Positions 20,132 to 29,245 of a stretch of 64,000 nucleotides of DNA are shown here, in pieces. This DNA comes from a virus. Each line of letters begins with the position of its first letter. Position 1 is the first letter of the stretch. The notes under the pieces are model-generated. The model made no database searches, was not told the origin of the DNA, and saw only the letters and a program-made list of their open reading frames with translations. The stretch covers positions 72,227 to 136,226 of IMG/VR virus record IMGVR_UViG_3300010400_000001. One strand, written 5' to 3'. A program made the position numbers and the translations under genes.

Positions 20132-21926
20132 TGTCGAATCGATTCAAAAATCTCCGCCCGAACTATCCGCTCTACGAGAGTCAGCCGATGTTCGGCGGCG
20201 CCCTGCCGACGATCGACGAGATCGGGCCGCCCGACATGCGGCCGAGCGGATTGAACCCGTACTACGACATGTACAGAGGGGCTCACGGGCGAAACTTTGC
20301 CGGCCTCGGAGGAAATACGATGAGTGCTGATCCAGGGATCCGCGACTATCCGAACGAGCTCAACATGCTCGCGGAGGCCGACGACGTGCAAGGAAACGGC
20401 GTCTTCGATCCTCACGGAAGCCAGGGCAACGTCCACGTCGACCAGGGAGTCTTCGCCGATCACGAAAACCTCCCGGGCTACATCGTGAAGGACCAGTACT
20501 ACGCGCCCTCTTCGGTCATCGACGCGACGACGGGAAACCCCGTCATGTACGTCCCGGGCGGCGCAGTGCCGATCGATCAGAACCAGCTCGACACGTACAG
20601 AGAGCGCCAGCTTCTCTGGGAATTGCAGCCAGGCCTCAGCCCCGAGAGCCTGCCCGAGCCGCCCGACGGGGAGACGTGGATCCCGCACGAGTACTCGTGG
20701 CCCGTGTCGGGCATCGGCGCAGATCCGCCGCCGGGCGCAGATCCCGCGTCGCTCCCGTCATCCGGCTCCAAGGTTCCTCTCATCGCGTCGCTCGGCATCG
20801 TCGGCGTCGCCGTCGGCATCTTCGTCGCCACCCTCATGAAGAAGTAACCACGCATGGACCACTACCAGAGCATCCTGCCCGAGTTCGACGTCTTCACGCC
20901 GCCGCCGGCGCCGCGCGAGCCGCCCGGCGGTCAGATGCTTGGCGCCGTGCGCCCGAAGAGAGCCGCGCGCTGGCTCATGAGCCCAGCGTCCGCTGTCTTT
21001 TCCGGTCTCGGGCAGGACGAGCCGGCCGCTGCGCTCGCTGTCGAGCCGCCGTCGACGGGGCACCTCGTCGTTGGTCTCCTCATCCTCACGGGCCTCGGCT
21101 ACCTCTGCTACGAGGTCGGGACAGCGATGGCGCCCGCCGGCTCGAAGAAGGTGCAGTGGGGCATCGTCGGCATTCCCGCGGGTCTTCTTGCTGGGCCGCT
21201 TGGCCTCGGCGCGATGGCCGTCTACGCGAATCACGGAAGGGGATAAGCGATGGGATGCGGCTGCGCTCAAGGTATCGGTGATTCGATGAACACGTACGAC
21301 GGGCCTGTCCCGTCGGGTGTTCCGAATCCGTTCGGTCCGATGCTGCACTCGTACCCGACCAGGTACCACGGCCCGATCTACACGCGGCCGATGTTCGGCT
21401 TTCCGTGGCGCGAGCGTCCGAACGACTTCGCGCGAGAGCGCGGGCTCGAGGGCCTCGGCGTGGAAGACGTCCCGTCCGGCACGAGTGACGGGCTCAAGGC
21501 TCTTCTCGTGCTCGGGCTCATCGGCGGCGTAGTCATCTTGACGAGGAATCTCTGATGTACCGAAAAAACGGTCACTCGATGCCAGAGCGCGAGGAAGGCG
21601 CTGCGTACTTGGGTCTCTTCGGAGACGAAGACGATCGCATCTGGGGCGTGAATCCAAGTCTTCTGACGCGCGGCTTCGGCGAAGGCGACGCGGCGACCGA
21701 GATACCGGAGGTGGCGATCGAGGGAAGCCCCGCGGCGCCGCTCTTTTACGAGACGCCGTTCTGGCGCGTGCTCTCGATCGCGGGAGCGGCGCTCGGCGCG
21801 TATCACGGATACAAGCGAAACGATTCTTTCGGGTGGGCCCTCGGCTGGGCCTTTCTCGGATCGCTCATTCCCGTCGTGGTGATCCCTGTCGCGTTCGCGC
21901 AAGGGATCGGGAAACCAAAGAGGTAA
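20131..21926 (+). CDS. Four consecutive small membrane/virion proteins (20131-20847, 20854-21246, 21250-21555, 21555-21926)
   Basis: Each has C-terminal TM helix/helices followed by K/R residues and a G-[LIF]-G motif; the genes abut one another. Confidence 0.65.
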
Positions 21927-21933
21927 AACGGTC

Positions 21934-22782
21934 ATGCTCCAAGTCAAAACTCGAGGCGGTGTGTTCGGTCCCGGCGGCTACGGCGGCGGGATCTTCGACG
22001 GATCGCAAATGGGATTCGGCGGCCTCGGCAGCGTGGCGTTCGAGCAAGCAGCCGCGGGTATCGGCGCCGACACGGGCGCCTTCAAGTGGTGCAGCAAGGC
22101 GTCGCCGTGCCCTACGGGCGACCCGCGAGTCAGCGCACTTCAGAAGGCTCTGAACACGGCGCTCAAGGCGCACGGTTTCAAGCCGCTGACGGTCGACGGG
22201 AAATTCGGAACGAGCACGTGCGGCGCGATCTCGTGGGCAGGAAATCTCCCCCAGTCCGATCCGCTCTTCACGACTGCCGGTGTCGAGTACATGACGCCCG
22301 CCTACCTCGTCGATAGCTCGGGCCAGCCAGTCTGCAAGTCCTTCACCTACCCGACGAAGGTCGGATCGACGACGCCGTACATTCCCCCGTCGACGTTCCG
22401 CTCGGGCCTCCCCTGGAAAGAGGTGAGCCCGGAGACGGCGACGGTGCAGCGGAACATAAATAACGATCTCACGCAGCACGGCTACGATCCGATCAGCGAG
22501 AGCGGCATGCTCGACGCGCCGACCTGCGGCGCGATGCGGGTCGCGAAAGACGAGTGGGGTATGGACTACCTCACGGCGTACGGCGGTAACTGCCAGGAGT
22601 TTCAGGCGCCGCGAAAGCACGCGCAGCCAGTCGTCGTGACTCCGACGCCGACTCCGGCGCATGAAGACGAGCTGCCGCACGCAGTCAGCTCGAAAAAGAG
22701 CGGCGTCTCGACGGCGTGGGTGATCGGTGGTCTTGCCGTCGCCGCCGGCGTCGCAGGTCTCTACGCCGCACGAAAGAGGTAG
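21934..22782 (+). CDS. Membrane-anchored protein with two peptidoglycan-binding-like domains
   Basis: VSALQKALN...LTVDGKFGTST and TATVQRNIN...ISESGMLDAPT; C-terminal TM plus RKR. Confidence 0.7.
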   Translation: MLQVKTRGGVFGPGGYGGGIFDGSQMGFGGLGSVAFEQAAAGIGADTGAFKWCSKASPCPTGDPRVSALQKALNTALKAHGFKPLTVDGKFGTSTCGAISWAGNLPQSDPLFTTAGVEYMTPAYLVDSSGQPVCKSFTYPTKVGSTTPYIPPSTFRSGLPWKEVSPETATVQRNINNDLTQHGYDPISESGMLDAPTCGAMRVAKDEWGMDYLTAYGGNCQEFQAPRKHAQPVVVTPTPTPAHEDELPHAVSSKKSGVSTAWVIGGLAVAAGVAGLYAARKR

Positions 22783-22791
22783 CCTCCCCCC

Positions 22792-23436
22792 ATGTCGAAC
22801 TTCGGTCCCATCGCGTACGAGGACATGAGTCAGCTAAATGCTGAGTGGGGACAGCAGCGTCCGCCGATGGCGGGCCTCGGAGGGCTCCTCGCGGGTCTCG
22901 GCGCCGTCGCGCCCATGGCGCAGCACGAGTACGTCGACGTGTCCTTCCTCAATGCTCGGCTCCGTCCGATCGAGCCGAAGCGGTTCGGCATGGGCTACGG
23001 GATCGGCAACGGCGTCGGCAACGGCAGCATCTCCGGGAACAGTCTCGGCATCGTTGCCGGGCTCGGCGGAGACCCAGACTACCCCTGGCGGGAATACAGC
23101 TCCGACACGAAGGCGCTTCAGGAGCAGACGAACGAAGCGCTCATCGCGAATGGGTATGCTCCTATCACGGCCGACGGGAAGCTCGGCCCCGCGACGTGCG
23201 GCGCTGTCCGCGCGATGTGCGCGACCTTGTCGCCACCGTGCGACACGCCGGGAACGTGCCAATCGTTCACGGCGCCGAGCCGCCCGGGCGCGATCGTGAA
23301 GACTTCATCGTCGAAGCCCTCCGTCGCGCGAGCGAGCATGATGGGCGGCGGCACGAACTGGCTTCTCATCGGCGGCGCCATCGGAGCGATCGCGATCGGC
23401 GGCGCGCTCATGTTCAAGGCGTCGAAAAAGCGATGA
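22792..23436 (+). CDS. Membrane-anchored protein with PG-binding-like domain
   Basis: TKALQEQTN..L..NGY.PITADGKLGPATCGAV; C-terminal TM plus KKR. Confidence 0.7.
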   Translation: MSNFGPIAYEDMSQLNAEWGQQRPPMAGLGGLLAGLGAVAPMAQHEYVDVSFLNARLRPIEPKRFGMGYGIGNGVGNGSISGNSLGIVAGLGGDPDYPWREYSSDTKALQEQTNEALIANGYAPITADGKLGPATCGAVRAMCATLSPPCDTPGTCQSFTAPSRPGAIVKTSSSKPSVARASMMGGGTNWLLIGGAIGAIAIGGALMFKASKKR

Positions 23437-23786
23437 CGACACCGGTAGAGGCGATCCAGCAGCGTCTCGGTGTGCCGCGGAGCGGCCACTGGGACGGCGT
23501 CACGCGCGGCGCGCTCGTCGCCTACCAGCAGAGCCACGGCCTATCGCCGAGCGGGCATCCCGATCCGGCGACGCTCGCGAGCCTCGGCTACTACAGGCCC
23601 GACGATCTCTTCACTCAAAAGTGGGTGAGCTACCTCGAAGGCGGAGACAAGCCCGGAACCTTCGGTCGCGATCTCAAGACGTCGATCGATCAGGTGCCGC
23701 GCTGGGCGTGGGCGACGCTCGCCGCGAGCTTTTCGGTCTTCGCCTACATGGCGTACCGAACGGATCGAAAGCGAGAAGGGCACTGA
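23433..23786 (+). CDS. Small PG-binding-domain protein with C-terminal TM
   Basis: VEAIQQRLG...G.WDGVTRGALVAYQQSHGL.PSG.PD..TL.SLG. Confidence 0.75.
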   Translation: MTTPVEAIQQRLGVPRSGHWDGVTRGALVAYQQSHGLSPSGHPDPATLASLGYYRPDDLFTQKWVSYLEGGDKPGTFGRDLKTSIDQVPRWAWATLAASFSVFAYMAYRTDRKREGH

Positions 23787-25589
23787 TGTTCGTCGAAAAG
23801 CTCTCCTCGATCTACGACGAGCTCGCAGGTCCTCCCGGGATCCCGTGGGCGGGCCTCACTGCCGACGGGCACGGCATCAGCGAGAACGGCTACGACCCGA
23901 CGTACATGGACTTCATGTTGAAGGCGGGGTCGGAGTTCTTCGGCGTGATCGGGGAGATGAGTCCGGAGTTCGTGTCCAGATATCGAAACCTTCGTGGCGA
24001 CGAGGCGCGCGCGAGCATCAGTCGCCTGACTCTCGTCATCGAGCAGGTCGGCGCCGACGTGTGGCAGGCCGTGAAGGAGGGCGACTGGGACGCTTTCGTG
24101 GCCTTGCCGCGCACGACGACGATGGACGCGCTCGCGACCGTCGCGGCGGCGAGCACGAACGGCGCATTCCTCCATTACGACGGGGTGATGGAAGGCGCGA
24201 TGCGCGCCGGCAAGATGAAGCCCGAAGAGGTGATGGGGCACGCCCAGTCGGTGACGAAGATCTTTCAAACCTTCGTCGACCTCGACAAGAACGGCCACCT
24301 CGACAAGTTCAAAAAAGGCGCGCCCGTTGCGGGGCTCGGAATTGCGCCGGCAATCATCGGGGCGATCGCAGCAGTCGGCGTCATGCTCCTCATCGCGACC
24401 TGCTACCTCTTTTACGTCTTTCAGATCGCTGCGCCCGCTCAGAAGAAAGCGCTCGAGTGGTGCGACAAGGTCGCCAAGAGCGGAACGAACGACGAGATCA
24501 TGGCGTGCGTGAACGCCGCGAACGAATCGGCGAAGACTGGAAACCCGAACCTCGGGGGAATGTTCGGCTCTGCCGTGGCGCCGCTCGTTGCCGTCGCCGC
24601 AGTAGGTGGGGCGCTCTACCTCGCTCCCTACATCATCAAGTCCTTTCGGCAGCTCAAGACGGCAAAAGCGTAAGGAGTTCGATCGGCCCATGTCGGAGAC
24701 CATCTACTCACGTTGGCGTCCCGATAGCGGGGGCTACGATTATTTCGTCGCCCCGGGCTCGGTGAACATCAACGATGACCTCCCGACTCCAGAGCTCGAC
24801 CCAGCAACGAAGATTGGCGTTCCCTCGATCGAGGCGGGGAGGCCGGTTCCTTCGGGCGCCAGGGCCGCGGGCTCGGGCGATGAGGCCATCGGTCTCGTCG
24901 CTCCAGTCGACGAGCGGCGCATCGTGAGACGCGTACGGTCTCTCGCGGGCATGGACGCGCCGGGGGGCGGGATGAAGTGGGCCATTGGTCTCGCTGCCGC
25001 CGCGGGCCTCATCTGGTACATAAAGAGTAAGTAAATGGCCCTTCGAGTCGTCGACACCAAGGAAGCAGCGGCGAAAACGTTTCGCACGTTTCACGATCGC
25101 GCGCCCGAGGAGGAGATCGAGCTCCCGTTCACGTGGCCCCCGCGGCTCCAGGAAGTCGGCGAGGGCAAGGCCGAGATGTACCGATCGAACAAGTGGAAGA
25201 AGAATCGATCGGAGCACGACGATTACAAGCACGTCGTCGAATCGAACCGCACAGTCTACGTGGAGCCGGGCTTCCTTCGCGAAGGCGTCCGCCCGTACAG
25301 GCCCATGAAGCTCTACGGCCCGACCTTGAGCTTCGAGGGGACGATGCCGAAGTACTTCACGTTCTTGGGTCCTCTCCTCGGAGTGCAGCTCCGTCTCTAC
25401 GACGAGAGCGAGACGCTCCCGTCGGGCGGCAAGGAGCTCTACGAAGTCAGGATCGCGCGCGCGAAGCTCGGCGCCGCCAAGCACCCGGATACGAACGAAA
25501 CCTTTCTCTTCGTGTACACGCCGGACGGCGTTCACATGATCCTCACGGGCGAACGTCTTTCGATCGAGAAGGACGGCATCGCTGGATGA
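23786..25589 (+). CDS. Three probable virion proteins (23786-24673 two-TM, 24690-25034 tail-anchored, 25035-25589 soluble)
   Basis: Abutting ORFs; TM segments with basic tails in the first two. Confidence 0.6.
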
Positions 25590-27499
25590 TCTATTCCCCG
25601 TCCATGAATATCTGGACGCCCTATCGCGGCCTAGGCGGAACTCCGGGTCGAATGCCGATCCCCCCGGGCTCGGGGACGTCGACGAGCCCTGCAGATCTCG
25701 CCCGCGGATTCATTAGCCCGGCTGACGCTACCGCGGCGCGGGACCACTTCAGGGAGGCCGTCGGCGACATGCCGTGGGTGCCGACGGCGCCGACTGAGCT
25801 CGGCCCGTGGGCAGCCGAGCAGGTGAAGATCTTCTCTTCGAAAGAGATGACCCAGGGGATCGAGAACGGGAAGCGCGTCTTCGATCAGAAGATGTCAGCC
25901 GGCGGAACCGTGCTCGCCGAGACGTTCCCGCCGATGACCGAGGGCATGATCGAACAGTGGTCGAGGGACTACGTCGAAAAGAACGGCTTCCCATCGAGTC
26001 CAGAGTCGGCCATCGCGATGGGGCGCGCGTTCGTCATCGCGAACTGCGACCAAATCGGGCTCCCGCCGGAGTTCATCGCGGCGAGCGATCTCATTCAAAA
26101 CTTCCCGCAAACGCCAGAGACGGCAATCGGCTGGTCGATTTCGCTGAGCTCGTATTTTCTGAGCTCGTACGGCGTTCCGATCGTGGACGTCACGGACGTC
26201 TCGAGCTTCCTCTCGGCGAGCGCGCGGGCGGCCATCGCGCAGGTTGCCCCCGGCGTGCCCTTCACGCTCTTCGATACGACTTTCGAGGCGCTCTCCGACG
26301 GGCAGCTCTCGGGCGAAGAGGCGAAGGGCATCGTGATTGGCGCGGCGGGGTTCATCGGCGGCCTCATCGGGCAGGCGTTTGGTCTCCCGGCTCCGATCGG
26401 AGCGCTCCTTAGCCAGCTCCTTGTCGGCGGCCTGGTTCAAGCCTTCGGCTGGGGCCCGAGCGATTCGGATAAGCTCCGCGCAGCGCAATCGGCGGCGGCG
26501 ACAGCGGCGCGGCAAGCTCAGAAGGAGTGCACGGCGCTCTCGACGGCGCTCTGGCTCGAGTACCAGCAGTACTGGGATGCGATCACGCGAGATCTCACGG
26601 CCTCGATTCACGAGAACCAGGATTGGCTCGTGCAGGGCTCGTGTAACAGCACGAACGGCATTCGTCTCTTCGGATCGACGACGCTCGACTACGTGCGAGA
26701 TCCGATGGGAAACCCCATCGTGTCGAATCCCGACGAAGTGAAGAAAGGAGCGAAACCAAAGTACCGGAAGTATCCGTACACGCTGACGAGGGAGTGCAGG
26801 GAGGGGAAAGGCTGCCCGTACCTGTCGCTCTCGAGCGATCCCATCGTGAGTCGAGACAAGTTCGCGCTGTCTCCTTCCGAGCTCAAGCGCGTGCCGTCGA
26901 TCTCGATTGGTGGTCGCGGTTGCGACGCGGCGAGTGCGCTCGCGTTCTGGGGTGCTCAGCGGTACGTGACGCCGATGCACGTGGTCTACGCCATGGGAGG
27001 CAAGACCCAGAAGTGGATCGAGCCATCGACGTACACGGAGACCCAGCTCACGAGTCACAACGTCGTGCCCTGGGATCAGATCCTCCATTCGGACTCGGAC
27101 TACCTGAACTACATCGGCTACGTCGGCACCTACGATTTCGGAACGAAGGTGACCGCCTGCATGGCGCCGACCTGGGCGTCCTTCATGTTCCGCTCACTGG
27201 AGCAGGCCGCCGCGTCCGTGGCTCTCGTCCAGCGAGATCTCGCTCGCACGGTGAGCGCGGCAGTCACGGAGTACGGGATCCAGTACCACCTCGAACAGGC
27301 GGCGGACGTGAAGTGGCAGGTCGCGAGCGCGGCTCAAAAACGCGCGGCGGCTCGCGCGGTCGCCGCCAAAGCCGCGGCCTACCGGCATAGCATCGTCGAA
27401 GCCCGTCGCCGCGGCGCGCGGACGGCAGATCTCGTAAACTACGGGCTCCTCGCCGCGGGGAGCGCCGCGCTCCTCGGAGTATTTGCGGGCAAGCGATGA
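25586..27499 (+). CDS. Large membrane-associated virion protein
   Basis: About 637 aa from MIYSPS; internal Gly-rich hydrophobic hairpin and C-terminal TM plus GKR. Confidence 0.6.
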   Translation: MIYSPSMNIWTPYRGLGGTPGRMPIPPGSGTSTSPADLARGFISPADATAARDHFREAVGDMPWVPTAPTELGPWAAEQVKIFSSKEMTQGIENGKRVFDQKMSAGGTVLAETFPPMTEGMIEQWSRDYVEKNGFPSSPESAIAMGRAFVIANCDQIGLPPEFIAASDLIQNFPQTPETAIGWSISLSSYFLSSYGVPIVDVTDVSSFLSASARAAIAQVAPGVPFTLFDTTFEALSDGQLSGEEAKGIVIGAAGFIGGLIGQAFGLPAPIGALLSQLLVGGLVQAFGWGPSDSDKLRAAQSAAATAARQAQKECTALSTALWLEYQQYWDAITRDLTASIHENQDWLVQGSCNSTNGIRLFGSTTLDYVRDPMGNPIVSNPDEVKKGAKPKYRKYPYTLTRECREGKGCPYLSLSSDPIVSRDKFALSPSELKRVPSISIGGRGCDAASALAFWGAQRYVTPMHVVYAMGGKTQKWIEPSTYTETQLTSHNVVPWDQILHSDSDYLNYIGYVGTYDFGTKVTACMAPTWASFMFRSLEQAAASVALVQRDLARTVSAAVTEYGIQYHLEQAADVKWQVASAAQKRAAARAVAAKAAAYRHSIVEARRRGARTADLVNYGLLAAGSAALLGVFAGKR

Positions 27500-27645
27500 C
27501 GCCGGAAGAGAAAAAGGCAGAAGCCGAGCGCGCCGCCGAGCTTCACAAGACGGAGCTCGCGATGATCCGCTTAAACTTCATCGGGCTCATGGGACTCGGC
27601 CTCATGGGTCTCACCTCGTACCTCCTCTTCTGGAGGCGCCGGTGA
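27496..27645 (+). CDS. 49-aa tail-anchored membrane protein (not in the ORF track)
   Basis: MTPEEKKAEAERAAELHKTELAMIRLNFIGLMGLGLMGLTSYLLFWRRR; overlaps both neighbouring genes by 4 nt. Confidence 0.6.
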   Translation: MTPEEKKAEAERAAELHKTELAMIRLNFIGLMGLGLMGLTSYLLFWRRR

Positions 27646-29074
27646 GTTACCAGGGCCTCGGCCTCGATTTTTTCAATCAGCCGTGCGGCGGCTATCCGCT
27701 AAATACCGCCGACTACCTCTACGGCGGGATTGCGCTCTCGACGATTCAGAACGTCGTCGAGGATACGGTGACAGTGCTCCTTCACGGCGGCGGAGACTAC
27801 GTCGCGCTCTGCGACAATAAGTACTTCGCCTACGTTCCTGGGCATCCCGAGATTGCCGCGATCTTCGGAAGCCGAGAAGAGGAGGCGCGGCTTCTCGCGG
27901 GCGCAGTGCTCTCGACGATGCTGACTCAAGAGCGAGTACGACCTGGCACGCATCGGACGACGTTGCAGTTTGCGACTGACATCGTCACCGAAATCACGAA
28001 GACGCTCTACAACGGAGGCGATCCGTCGGCGTGTGAATCGACGTTCGCAGAATCCTTTCTCCGCTGGCAGGGCCTCTCTGCGCTCTCGGTGCCGACGTCG
28101 CTCGCGAAAACCGGTTGGTGCGAAAAGGCGCTCTCGCTTCCCTGGTCGAGTGACGGGCGGCACGTGACGTCGTGCGAGGCGCAGTCGATCTGCAAGGTGA
28201 CGACGGCCGCGGACGGAAAGCCCGTCTACTATCCAGTGCCGGCGCCGAGTCCGACAGATCCGGGCGTCGCCGTCAAAGCAGCAGGAAATAAGCCCGAGCC
28301 GCCGCCATCGAAAGCAGAGATAGAGGCTGCAGTCCAAAAGAAGATGGGCCAAACCGGCGAGTCGCTTGCGGAAGCGGAGCTCTCTCAGGAGTACCTCGAG
28401 CTCACGAGCTACTTGAAGGCGCTCACCGAATCGCGAACATGGCTTCGTATGGCGCTCGGGCTTTCGAAGAAGGCGACCGACAGGGACGTGATGAACACAC
28501 TTCGGTCCCGCGGCATCTCCGCGAGCGAAGTCCTCGATTGGTTCGACGGGTGTAACTTCGAAACGAATTGCTTTCGCCGCGAGATGAACGTGGCGATCGG
28601 TGAGTCGACCGTGCGCTTGAACGATCGGCGCGCAAAGTTCGCCGTGCTGGGCCTCGCCGCAGTCGCCACGGCGTTTTTCTTTTACAAGGAGCTCCGATGA
28701 TGTCGCTTGGGCTCGTGAAGCTCGCTACGGCGACGCCGGTCGGCGATCCGCCGGAAGTGCGCGCGGCGCGGCGGCTCGAGTACCTCCTCGTGCTCTTTCA
28801 GGAAGCGCACGTCGATCCCGACAAGACGCCTCAGGGCGACATCGTGTACGCGCTCGCGACGCCGTACGAGCAGCGCGGGCTCACTTCGGCAGACATAGAA
28901 CGCTGGATCGACGAATGCGACCCGGTAAAGAAGCCCCCCTGGGACGAGGTCGCCTGCTTTCGCGGGAAGGTCAGGGCCGCGATGAAGGGGCAAATGGGCC
29001 TAGGAACGAAGGTGGCGCTGATTGGCGCAGGAGCGTTTTTCGCGGGCTTTGTGCTCTCCCGGGCCCGCCGTTAG
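27642..29074 (+). CDS. Two tail-anchored virion proteins (27642-28700 and 28697-29074)
   Basis: N-termini SYQGLG and MSLGL; C-terminal TM helices with basic tails. Confidence 0.6.
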
Positions 29075-29082
29075 GCGTGTTC

Positions 29083-29111
29083 TTGACGGGAGGTATGTAC
29101 CCGGGTAGGCT
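29083..29111 (+). promoter_or_regulatory. Sigma70-like promoter of the core/capsid operon
   Basis: TTGACG-17 nt (GGAGGTATGTACCCGGG)-TAGGCT. Confidence 0.65.
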
Positions 29112-29245
29112 CGTTTCTAGTTAGCAGGCGCCTTCCCGACGCCTCGCAGTCCCTAGTGGTTTGCGAGAGAAGTCGAGTGAGAGGCAAGCAAAGAGCATAC
29201 GGGCGAGCGTTTCCGATCCGCGAGGCGGATGTCGGCTCGTACCGA

